This document shows, piece by piece, positions 9,118 through 17,144 of a DNA stretch of 32,325 nucleotides. This stretch comes from a virus. Its lineage: Duplodnaviria; Caudoviricetes. Each line of letters starts with the position of its first letter. Positions within the stretch are counted from its first letter, which is position 1. The DNA lies in IMG/VR virus record IMGVR_UViG_3300006025_000025, positions 1-32,325 of that record. One strand, written 5' to 3'. The notes under the pieces were generated by a model. That model saw only the letters and a program-made list of their open reading frames with translations. It was not told where the DNA came from and did no database searches. The position numbers and the translations under genes are program-made.

Positions 9118-9384
9118 TTACTTTTTTTCCTCATCAGGAGCTATTTTTATGCCATTTATCTTATTTATTGTGTCAATCAGGCTATTTATAGCCTTGATAT
9201 ACTGACAACTGAGTTCTAATGTTTCCTGATTCCATTCCTTTTGATGTAGCAGGTCATTCCATAGTTTTTGATTATAGTTGAGGTCTTTGACCAATTTATC
9301 TTTAGTTTCAGTCATCCTACCCAAGACTTCTTGAGCAGATATTGTCCATTTTTGTATTTCATCTTTCATCATTTTTTGTGTCAT
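9118..9384 (-). CDS. Hypothetical coiled-coil protein
   Basis: RBS AAGGAG; part of the operon. Confidence 0.65.
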   Translation of the reverse strand: MTQKMMKDEIQKWTISAQEVLGRMTETKDKLVKDLNYNQKLWNDLLHQKEWNQETLELSCQYIKAINSLIDTINKINGIKIAPDEEKK

Positions 9385-9586
9385 TGTTATTCTCCTTTAG
9401 TGAATCTAATATCTTTTTAATATCAGCTAGTACTTCTTTTTTTCCCTCTACAACACCAATCATTACATCTTCTTGTCCAGCAGTATCATTTCTATATACA
9501 TAATCTTTATGTACTCGATATAAAACTTCTAATTCATTGATAGCATCAATCATATCTTTTTCGTTTATTTCGTTTTTAGTTATCAT
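9359..9586 (-). CDS. Hypothetical protein
   Basis: RBS GGAG before the ATG at 9586. Confidence 0.6.
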   Translation of the reverse strand: MITKNEINEKDMIDAINELEVLYRVHKDYVYRNDTAGQEDVMIGVVEGKKEVLADIKKILDSLKENNNDTKNDER

Positions 9587-9590
9587 ATTT

Positions 9591-10181
9591 TTATCTCCAC
9601 GATTCTCCATTGACCCATACCACTAATGCTTTACGAACACCTTTTGTTACTTTTTTAACTCGATGATTAATAAAGCTTGTGAATGCAATCAATGATTCTT
9701 CTTTTGCATTTATTACATAGGTTTCACCACCATGAAAAAATTCTAAATCACCACCTTCAAAGTCATCATTTAAAACATAAGACATGCTTATCTTTCTTAA
9801 TGAACTTAATCCATCTGATACATCAGAATGCCAATCATAGTAATCACCAACTTTATATTCTAGATATTGAATATCTTGTATACAGGATAATCTGTAATTA
9901 AAAGTTTCATTCAAATCTAAAATAATATAATTAAGTTGTGTACCGATGTAAGATTCTATTGGTAATCTCCAAGCATCAACTTGTCTGATGCCTTTAGCAC
10001 CTGATTTTATTTTTGCTTGTATCGGTTTTTTCTTTTCTTCTATTTCTTCTAAAAAGTTTAAACGAGTATCTGAATTAATTGATTTATGAATCAAACCATA
10101 AATAGGATTTGTATTTAAATCAGGCTGACAGAACTCTCTAAAGAACTGATTAGGCATGGGAGAATAACTACTCACTTGCAT
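9591..10181 (-). CDS. 2OG-Fe(II) oxygenase (prolyl-hydroxylase/PKHD-like)
   Basis: Y.WHSD (HxD), RKIS, FEGGDLEF, HRV..VTKGVRKALVVW. Confidence 0.92.
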   Translation of the reverse strand: MQVSSYSPMPNQFFREFCQPDLNTNPIYGLIHKSINSDTRLNFLEEIEEKKKPIQAKIKSGAKGIRQVDAWRLPIESYIGTQLNYIILDLNETFNYRLSCIQDIQYLEYKVGDYYDWHSDVSDGLSSLRKISMSYVLNDDFEGGDLEFFHGGETYVINAKEESLIAFTSFINHRVKKVTKGVRKALVVWVNGESWR

Positions 10182-10950
10182 TCTCCCGAAGTGTTAATGT
10201 TCCTTTTTTACTTCTAGATATCACAACACCATTACCGATTGCTTTTCTGCAATCATCAGGTACTAGATTTTTGATATCAGTAACTATCTCTTTATGTTTA
10301 GCAACATATGGTTTGCATTCTTTTAGTGATGTAATCAACGTATTCATCTGCTGATTATCTTTCATATCAAGAGTTCTCATGCCATCTAGTTTTATTTCTT
10401 TAGGTTGCTCTATCGGTGCAAAATCTTTTGGCTCTTTATCTTCTTCAACATATTTCCAAAAAGCTTTCTCAGCATTGTAAAGTGTCTTTTGAAACTCAGG
10501 GTCAGATTCTATTGATGTCCAATCATGATTTCTGTTACCGAAAAATACTGTAAGATATGTTTCATTAGCACCTGAGTGCATCATGTAATGTTGCATCTGA
10601 CAGTAGTAATATTGAGCTACATTCTCTAGATTATTATTTTCGTAAGTATGTTTTGCTTCAACCACGATATTAGATTCTTCTATTAATCCATCTAAATGAG
10701 ACATCATAAAATCTTTTTGTTCTAGTGTGATATCACGTTTGATTTTAGTATGTTCACAATGACTTTTCTCAAGACATCTTTCTAACCAATCAAGGTTAAG
10801 TTTTTCTGTAGCAATTCCGATTTGTACAGGTAATACATCTGATAAGTCAGGTTGTTCTACACGTTTTGTTTTTTCTAGCCATAGTGAATGCCAATCACCA
10901 TCAATGATTCTTTTAGCATCACTACCACCAATTCCAAGTGTTCTATCCAT
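10168..10950 (-). CDS. YqaJ-like viral recombinase exonuclease
   Basis: GIGGSDA, LWLEKT, SHLDG, VEAK, QMQHYM motifs; start at 10950 after GGAG. Confidence 0.9.
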   Translation of the reverse strand: MDRTLGIGGSDAKRIIDGDWHSLWLEKTKRVEQPDLSDVLPVQIGIATEKLNLDWLERCLEKSHCEHTKIKRDITLEQKDFMMSHLDGLIEESNIVVEAKHTYENNNLENVAQYYYCQMQHYMMHSGANETYLTVFFGNRNHDWTSIESDPEFQKTLYNAEKAFWKYVEEDKEPKDFAPIEQPKEIKLDGMRTLDMKDNQQMNTLITSLKECKPYVAKHKEIVTDIKNLVPDDCRKAIGNGVVISRSKKGTLTLRENASE

Positions 10951-11060
10951 TGTTATTCTCCGATTTGTTTTGTGAGTAGATAGGCTGAAGGGGTACAAAC
11001 AGCCTATCTACATAGGAGAAACGATTATGACTGTCGTTTCTAATGAGCAAAATATGAAAA

Positions 11061-11489
11061 CTAAAAAGGAACATCATCCTTTTCAACTTTCTTTATATCA
11101 TCTTTTTCATGTAAAACCAATGATATGAATTCATATTGGTTTCCTGATTGAGATGTACCTGATTTCTTATAGCCATATACTTTATAATCTTTGTTATTAG
11201 TATTCATAGCTCCATAGATATCATATTTGTTTTGTTCATCTGCAACTGCAATATATCCAACCCTTTCATAGACTGAATAGTATTGTTCACCTGCTCGATT
11301 GAATTGTTTGACCACACAGATTTGTTTTCCATATTCTGAGCCATCATCAATCTTACCTTGTTTAATCAACTCATCAGATTCTCTTGCTTCATTCAATGTG
11401 CCATTGATTGCTTCTGATTGTTGCAACGTGCCATTTTCAGCACGTTGTTCAATATCTTTTACTTGATTCATAACTTCATTTACATCCAT
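11061..11489 (-). CDS. Probable ssDNA-binding protein
   Basis: Acidic C-terminus ending DDVPF; lies between ERF and the exonuclease. Confidence 0.55.
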   Translation of the reverse strand: MDVNEVMNQVKDIEQRAENGTLQQSEAINGTLNEARESDELIKQGKIDDGSEYGKQICVVKQFNRAGEQYYSVYERVGYIAVADEQNKYDIYGAMNTNNKDYKVYGYKKSGTSQSGNQYEFISLVLHEKDDIKKVEKDDVPF

Positions 11490-11499
11490 TATTATTCTC

Positions 11500-11952
11500 C
11501 TATAGTTCGTTAGTTACTTTTTGATTTACTTTTGGTGCTTGTGGTTTGACAGCATTATTACCATCATCATCTTCAGATGGAAGTCCATATAAAGATTGTA
11601 ATCCATAACGTTTTGCATAGGTTATTCCACTAGCCATTTGATGAGCATTCTGAAGATTAGCACATGGTACAGGCACACAACTTTCATAAGTGTCAGTATC
11701 GTTTACATGTCTCATAACAGTCTTAACGAATAACTTACCTTCATGCTCATGAATGTGTTGTGTAAAGAACAGACCAAATGCTGAACCTTGATTGACAGCA
11801 TCTATTACTGCTTCTAATGTTGAGTAAGTAGATTTGAAATGTGGATTAGTTCCATCTTTCTTAGCACTTACTTTAAGTGTTTGAAACAAGTTCAATGCAC
11901 TAGCCAATCTAAGTTCACTATCTTGCTTCTCTTGTATTTTAGTTATAGCCAT
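11500..11952 (-). CDS. erf: ERF-family ssDNA annealing protein
   Basis: NPHFKSTYSTLE, ASGITYAKRYGL..LYGL..EDDDGN signature. Confidence 0.92.
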   Translation of the reverse strand: MAITKIQEKQDSELRLASALNLFQTLKVSAKKDGTNPHFKSTYSTLEAVIDAVNQGSAFGLFFTQHIHEHEGKLFVKTVMRHVNDTDTYESCVPVPCANLQNAHQMASGITYAKRYGLQSLYGLPSEDDDGNNAVKPQAPKVNQKVTNEL

Positions 11953-12023
11953 TATATTTCTCCTATAAGTTGGTTATGAGCAGTTTCGTAGACAGACATG
12001 CTCAGGTCTAATATGTACTAAGG

Positions 12024-12052
12024 ATATTAATATGAAATGGGTTGTATGTAAA
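12024..12052 (-). promoter_or_regulatory. Leftward early promoter
   Basis: TTTACA (12052-12047), 17 nt, TAATAT (12029-12024), upstream of erf. Confidence 0.6.
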
Positions 12053-12112
12053 GCTTTTATTTATACTCATTTTATATTACAATTCAGGGGAACAATAATA
12101 ACAGGAGTTATA

Positions 12113-12304
12113 ATGAAACTAAACGAATATTTAAAAAAGGAAAAGCTTTCTATAGCAAAATTTGCAATGAAATGTGATATTCCCTTTCCTACAATATCTA
12201 AATACTACTATGGTGAGAAGATACCAAGACAAGAGAATATGCATAAAATCTATCAATGCACAGAAAAGAAAGTAGATGCTAATGATTTTTATGGAATCAA
12301 ATAA
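12113..12304 (+). CDS. Cro-like HTH transcriptional regulator
   Basis: MKLNEYL...SIAKFA...TISKY..GEKIP...VDANDFY; RBS AGGAG before 12113. Confidence 0.8.
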   Translation: MKLNEYLKKEKLSIAKFAMKCDIPFPTISKYYYGEKIPRQENMHKIYQCTEKKVDANDFYGIK

Positions 12305-12687
12305 TGTCATTTGAATGTATGGCATGGGCAGTTAAGCAAGATACTAAAGCAACGACTAGCAAACTAATATTATTGATGTTGGCTAATTATGCTGATGAAG
12401 AACGTAAATGTTTTCCTAGTGTCGAACATATAGCAAAACTATGTCATTGTTCTAGCAGAAGTGTATTGAGACATATTAAAGACTTAGAAAAAAAAGGGTT
12501 TATCAAAATAGGTAAAGTCAAAGGAAAAGTTAATAATGTGAATCAATATATTGTCGGTAGTGACAATATGTCACATGTGACAAATACGACAATCGGTTAT
12601 GACAAATTGTCACACAATACTAATATATATAAAAAACCAAATATATTAGAAAAGAAACGTAAGAATAGAAATTTTCTTGCAGGTTAA
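12304..12687 (+). CDS. Replication initiator (winged HTH, lambda O-analogous)
   Basis: MSF..MAWA, KLILLMLANYAD, CFPS..HIA, SVLRHIKDLEKKGFI. Confidence 0.8.
   Translation: MSFECMAWAVKQDTKATTSKLILLMLANYADEERKCFPSVEHIAKLCHCSSRSVLRHIKDLEKKGFIKIGKVKGKVNNVNQYIVGSDNMSHVTNTTIGYDKLSHNTNIYKKPNILEKKRKNRNFLAG
12560..12660. repeat. Putative replication origin (iterons plus AT-rich tract)
   Basis: GTGACAATATGTCAC (12560-12574), TGTCACATGTGACA (12569-12582), ATGACAAATTGTCAC (12599-12613), then an AT-rich run. Confidence 0.6.
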
Positions 12688-12699
12688 TACATAGGAGAA

Positions 12700-13554
12700 A
12701 TGATTATGACCAAAGTAGATGGAATACATCGAGCAAAAGACTTAACTGAAAATATATGGGCTTTATACAGAGGTGAGAGCCAAAAAAGGTATTATTGTGG
12801 ATTTAAATCAATAGACCCATTTTTTAAGATTATTAAACCCTCTTTTAATCTTTTTACAGGCACACCTAATAGTGGAAAATCAAGTCTAACACTAGAGATA
12901 GCAATGAGAACTGCTATAGAGCATGGATTTAAGTATATGATATTCTCACCTGAGCATTCATCAGCAGTTAATCTAAAAAGACTTGTTGAGAAATTCTGCA
13001 AAAAACCTTTTGACCACATGTTTGAATATCGAGCTAGTGAAACAGAAGTAATGAATGCTATTGATTTTATTCATGAGCATTTTCTTTTTGTAGACAAAAG
13101 AGAAGATTCACCTGATATAGATTGGATTCTAGAACGTGCTAGAGCCTGTCATGAAGAATTTAATATCGATGGATTACTGCTAGACCCATATAATGAAATT
13201 AATCCTAATAGAGCATCACTTAGAGAAGATGAACATATATCACTTTTGATATCTAAAATAAAAAGATTTAATCGTGAAACTGAAACCTGCACTTTCTTAG
13301 TAGCTCATCCTACCAAGCAAATAAGAAATGCTGATGGAATGTTTACTGTCAATAGCCTTTATGATGTCTCAGGCTCAGCTCATTGGAATAATAAAGCAGA
13401 TGTAGGAATCATTGTCACTAGAGACTATGAGAATCATACAACTAATATCAGAATAGCTAAGATACGAGAGATTGATGTGCAAGGGAATGTTGGAGAATGC
13501 ACTATCCAATGGAATAACAAAACTAAATGCTTTGAAGATTTATCAATACTATAG
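12700..13554 (+). CDS. SF4 (DnaB/Twinkle-like) replicative helicase, without a primase domain
   Basis: Walker A GTPNSGKS, FSPE, LLLDPYN, LVAHPTK, SGSAHWNNKAD. Confidence 0.88.
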   Translation: MIMTKVDGIHRAKDLTENIWALYRGESQKRYYCGFKSIDPFFKIIKPSFNLFTGTPNSGKSSLTLEIAMRTAIEHGFKYMIFSPEHSSAVNLKRLVEKFCKKPFDHMFEYRASETEVMNAIDFIHEHFLFVDKREDSPDIDWILERARACHEEFNIDGLLLDPYNEINPNRASLREDEHISLLISKIKRFNRETETCTFLVAHPTKQIRNADGMFTVNSLYDVSGSAHWNNKADVGIIVTRDYENHTTNIRIAKIREIDVQGNVGECTIQWNNKTKCFEDLSIL

Positions 13555-13563
13555 GAGAAAAAA

Positions 13564-13827
13564 ATGTATAAAATTGTAATAGAAATAGATGAAAACAAAC
13601 CAATATCAGAAGTACATGGTGTACATGCATCACTTTATTTAGAAGAAAAAATAAATATGCCTAAGCTTTATTATAAGCATATAAAAAACATATGTAGTAA
13701 GAACAAAATCAATCCAAAATTAATAGATTTATTATGCTTAGAGGATTTTATAAAGTTAGCTAGAGGTCGTAAATGGACAGATGTAAAACCTAAATTGTAT
13801 GAATATGTTTCTATGAAATTAAAATGA
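13564..13827 (+). CDS. Hypothetical protein
   Basis: RBS AGGAG. Confidence 0.65.
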   Translation: MYKIVIEIDENKPISEVHGVHASLYLEEKINMPKLYYKHIKNICSKNKINPKLIDLLCLEDFIKLARGRKWTDVKPKLYEYVSMKLK

Positions 13828-14387
13828 TTGCTGATTACGAGAATCATGTAAGAAAATATTCTGATTCATTTGAGAGAATAATATTACCTGATACTAAGGT
13901 AGCTCAAGTAAAAGAATTTGTAAGAGAAGTTCTAAAGAAAAAGAATACTGAGCATCATCACAAGATTGATAACAACTTCGAATATGCTAGATGGCTTAAT
14001 GGGTTTTTAGGTGAATGTGCAGTCGAGCAATATCTAGGTAAACCTTTTGTAGATTTTAGTGTAGGTGATTCAGTTGATTACCATGTATCTGATTTATCTA
14101 AACTAGGCTATCAATGTGGTGTTAAGACATCAGCTAAGTACAGATACCCTGTAATATTCAAGCAATCCTATAAACCTGAGATTATTGTGGTCAAGCAGAC
14201 CGAGAATCTATTATGGATATGTGGTCTTGCAACACCTAACATACTTAATACCTTTCAGTCTTTAGAATTAATTACCGACCATTTAATTCTAAAAAGAGGT
14301 ACAAAAACTGCATTTTATGGGTTTCATCAGCTAATTAACCCAAAAAAAATGATAAATTATTTAAATAAATGTTTACTTTATACTTAA
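13824..14387 (+). CDS. Hypothetical protein, possible restriction-endonuclease-like fold
   Basis: GFLGECAV..YLG...DL...GVKT pattern; ATGA coupling. Confidence 0.45.
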   Translation: MIADYENHVRKYSDSFERIILPDTKVAQVKEFVREVLKKKNTEHHHKIDNNFEYARWLNGFLGECAVEQYLGKPFVDFSVGDSVDYHVSDLSKLGYQCGVKTSAKYRYPVIFKQSYKPEIIVVKQTENLLWICGLATPNILNTFQSLELITDHLILKRGTKTAFYGFHQLINPKKMINYLNKCLLYT

Positions 14388-14425
14388 AGTATATAATAAT
14401 ACTTATATAGGGTAATGAAACCCTA
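14372..14425 (+). promoter_or_regulatory. Promoter with a TATAC-N5-GTATA box and a 5' hairpin
   Basis: TTTACT at 14372, box at 14379-14393, TATAAT at 14392 (spacing ambiguous); TAGGGT...ACCCTA hairpin before the RBS. Confidence 0.5.
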
Positions 14426-14444
14426 GTAAACAAAGGAGAAAAAA

Positions 14445-14657
14445 ATGACAAAACTAAGACTAAAACTAAAAGTAAGAGAGCCACACAATCCTGAGTATCT
14501 TTTACAAAGAACTGTTAAATTAGATATGAGTAAAGATGCATGGGATGATGCAGATTATGACAAAAAACTACAACTTGCTAATGATGCAGTTAAAAATGAT
14601 GATTATCTTAATGCAGAAGATGTTCAATATAAACTTTACAGAGTTAAGGCTCTATAA
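14445..14657 (+). CDS. Hypothetical protein (cassette gene 1)
   Basis: RBS AAGGAG, own promoter. Confidence 0.7.
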   Translation: MTKLRLKLKVREPHNPEYLLQRTVKLDMSKDAWDDADYDKKLQLANDAVKNDDYLNAEDVQYKLYRVKAL

Positions 14658-14685
14658 CAATTAATTAAAATAGGAGAAACATAAT

Positions 14686-15045
14686 ATGATGTTATTTACA
14701 AAACAAATAGAAAACAAACTAATAGAAAATCATAAAAAACATAAAGAAGCTTGGAATGAAGAGCATCCTGAGTATGTAGAATCAAAAGCTGTTGTAAAGC
14801 TTTTCAATCCTACAGGATTAGGTACTTGGTATCTAAGTGAATACAACCCTGAAACAAATGAAGCTTTCGGTGTATGTGTTTTACATGAAGTAGAACTTGG
14901 TTATGTTGATATAAATGAACTAAAATCATTCAGAGGTCAATTCAACTTAGGAATAGAAAGAGATAAATCATTTCCTATCAACAGACTAACATTAAAACAA
15001 TGTCAAGAACTTGCAAAAAAAAGACAAGAAATTGAAAGCATGTAA
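14686..15045 (+). CDS. DUF2958-family protein
   Basis: VVKLFNP.G.GTWYLSE, AFG, ELGYV...EL, LGIERD. Confidence 0.85.
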   Translation: MMLFTKQIENKLIENHKKHKEAWNEEHPEYVESKAVVKLFNPTGLGTWYLSEYNPETNEAFGVCVLHEVELGYVDINELKSFRGQFNLGIERDKSFPINRLTLKQCQELAKKRQEIESM

Positions 15046-15061
15046 TTTAAATGAAAGAAAG

Positions 15062-15091
15062 AGAGCAGTCAGAAATGATTGCTCTTTTTTT
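15062..15091 (+). terminator. Intrinsic terminator
   Basis: AGAGCAGTCA-GAAA-TGATTGCTCT followed by a T-run. Confidence 0.85.
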
Positions 15092-15114
15092 ATATCTATT
15101 GTATAAATAACAAC

Positions 15115-15672
15115 ATGAATAACGAGTGGGCAGTACAAAATACAATCACAAAGAATATAGATGATATCGTACCTTACGATTCTAACCCAAGAGAACATGC
15201 ACCTGAACAGATAGAACAGGTAGCTAATTCAATCAAAGAGTTTGGTTGGACTATGCCAATCCTAATAGATGAGAATAACGAAATCATAGCAGGTCATGGC
15301 AGATTACTAGCAGGTAAATCACTAGGCATAAAAGAAGTGCCATGTATAGTTGCTAAAGGTTGGTCAGATGAAAAGAAAAAAGCATATTGTATTGCTGATA
15401 ATAAACTAACTGAAAATAGCACTTGGTCAAAAGATTTCTTAAAACTTAACTTTGAATTTCTAATTGATAATGAATTTGATTTAGGTCTTACAGGTTTTAA
15501 TAAATTAGAATTAGATAAGCTTTTCAAAACAGAGATAGAAATTGATACTACAGAAAAAGATTTATCTGAAAAATGTGAATTAATAATCGAATTAGATAGC
15601 ACAATCAAACAAGAAGAACTATACGAAGAATTATCACAAAGAGGTTTTAAATGTCGAGTATTAAGTTTTTAA
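15115..15672 (+). CDS. ParB/Srx N-terminal domain protein
   Basis: PYDSNPREH, SIKEFGW..PILID, IIAGHGRLLA, IADNKL; the track start at 15079 lies inside the terminator. Confidence 0.88.
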   Translation: MNNEWAVQNTITKNIDDIVPYDSNPREHAPEQIEQVANSIKEFGWTMPILIDENNEIIAGHGRLLAGKSLGIKEVPCIVAKGWSDEKKKAYCIADNKLTENSTWSKDFLKLNFEFLIDNEFDLGLTGFNKLELDKLFKTEIEIDTTEKDLSEKCELIIELDSTIKQEELYEELSQRGFKCRVLSF

Positions 15673-16733
15673 AAGAAATAAAATACAAACCATCTTTTAG
15701 AACAGAACAAATATGTGGAATTTATGATTTGAATCCTACAAGTTTATTAAGAAAACAATTCGATTTTGATTTAGATTTGCAATCGTTTGATTGGCAAATT
15801 GGAATAATAGTTGGTACAAGTGGAAGTGGTAAGTCGAGTTTAGCAAAAGAACTATTTAAAAAAGATTATGATATTAAACATAATTGGAATAATGAAACAT
15901 CTTTCATAAATGATTTTTCTAAAGAAATTGATATAAAAGAAATATGTAAATGTTTATCTAATGTAGGTTTTTCAAGCCCACCTTTATGGTTATTACCATT
16001 TTCACAGTTAAGTACAGGTCAGCAGTTTAGAGTGAATGTTGTTAGAGCAATATTAGAAAGCAAAAATATATGTTGTATTGATGAATTTACATCAGTAGTG
16101 GATAGAGAGGTTGCAAAAATAGGAAGTCATTGTGTTCAAAAATTTGTAAGGAAAACAAACAAAAAATTTGTAGCTGTTTCTTGTCATTATGACATATTAG
16201 AATGGCTACAACCTGATTGGGCATTCGATGTTAATAAAAATGAATTAACAAGGGGGAATCTTCGGAGACCAAAAATTGAATTCAAAATATACGAATGTGA
16301 TAGAGAATACTGGAAAATGTTTAAAGACTATCACTATTTGAATCATGATATACATAAAGCATCAAAATGTTTCATAGGAACCATTAATAATAAACCTGTT
16401 GCATTCTCATCCTATATACATTTTCCTCATCCAAATATTAAAAATTGTAAAAGAGAACATAGAACAGTAGTTTTACCTGATTATCAAGGTTTAGGATTAG
16501 GAAACAGAATAAGTGATTTTGTAGCAAATTTTTGCAAAGAAAAAGGATATAGATATATGTCTACTACATCACAACCTAGTATGATTTATTATAGAAACAA
16601 ATCAAAATTATGGTCATTAAAAAGATTTGGAAGTCATGTTGCAATAACAGGGAAAACATCGACCATAAAAGGCAAAATGCATACTAGTAGAAACAGACTT
16701 ACTTCATCATTTGAATATATAGGACTTGTATAA
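15651..16733 (+). CDS. ABC-type ATPase fused to a GNAT acyltransferase
   Basis: Walker A GTSGSGKS, signature LSTGQ, Walker B IDEF, H-loop SCH; C-terminal HYL and RTVVLPDYQGLGLG acyl-CoA-binding motif. Confidence 0.85.
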   Translation: MSSIKFLKEIKYKPSFRTEQICGIYDLNPTSLLRKQFDFDLDLQSFDWQIGIIVGTSGSGKSSLAKELFKKDYDIKHNWNNETSFINDFSKEIDIKEICKCLSNVGFSSPPLWLLPFSQLSTGQQFRVNVVRAILESKNICCIDEFTSVVDREVAKIGSHCVQKFVRKTNKKFVAVSCHYDILEWLQPDWAFDVNKNELTRGNLRRPKIEFKIYECDREYWKMFKDYHYLNHDIHKASKCFIGTINNKPVAFSSYIHFPHPNIKNCKREHRTVVLPDYQGLGLGNRISDFVANFCKEKGYRYMSTTSQPSMIYYRNKSKLWSLKRFGSHVAITGKTSTIKGKMHTSRNRLTSSFEYIGLV

Positions 16734-16760
16734 TGTTTATTTTTACTCTATAAAAAAGAT

Positions 16761-17144
16761 ATGCCAAAAATAGTTAATAGAGATGATTCAACAGCAGAGA
16801 TGATTAAAAGCTTATCAGGGCTTGGTATTACTCATGAACAGATATGTGCCATTGTTAAGATATCTAAACCAACTCTATACAAGTATTATCAGGAAGAATT
16901 GCAAGAAGGTAAGGCTAATGCAAATGCACAGGTAGCTAAAAACCTATTTAAGATTGCTACAGGCTCAGGAAGAGAGGCAGTAACAGCTAGTATCTTTTGG
17001 TTAAAGACACAGGCTAAGTGGAAAGAAACAGATGTTATCGAGGTCAATAACGTAGCAGAACAAGATGAACAATTTAGAAAACTCATATCCAATATTCGAG
17101 AAGCTAAACTATCAGAGAAAGATAGCAACGAATCTACTCACTGA
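16761..17144 (+). CDS. terS: Terminase small subunit
   Basis: HTH (ITHEQIC...ISKPTLYKYY..EL..G), A.IFWLKT motif; directly before TerL. Confidence 0.75.
   Translation: MPKIVNRDDSTAEMIKSLSGLGITHEQICAIVKISKPTLYKYYQEELQEGKANANAQVAKNLFKIATGSGREAVTASIFWLKTQAKWKETDVIEVNNVAEQDEQFRKLISNIREAKLSEKDSNESTH

Noticed and set aside
6668-12112. tRNA genes or a named riboswitch/ribozyme in the spacers
   Set aside because: No cloverleaf or T-loop seen, and I could not match the structured leaders to a named family with confidence
15115-15672. Plasmid-prophage partition system
   Set aside because: No ParA gene and no HTH/dimerisation region; the ParB-N domain is the terminase-linked type
15651-16733. ABC transporter
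   Set aside because: No TM domain or neighbouring permease/binding protein; fused to a GNAT
17065-17144. 80-nt terS/terL overlap as a programmed frameshift
   Set aside because: No clear slippery heptamer; such overlaps are common and the TerL start is simply uncertain
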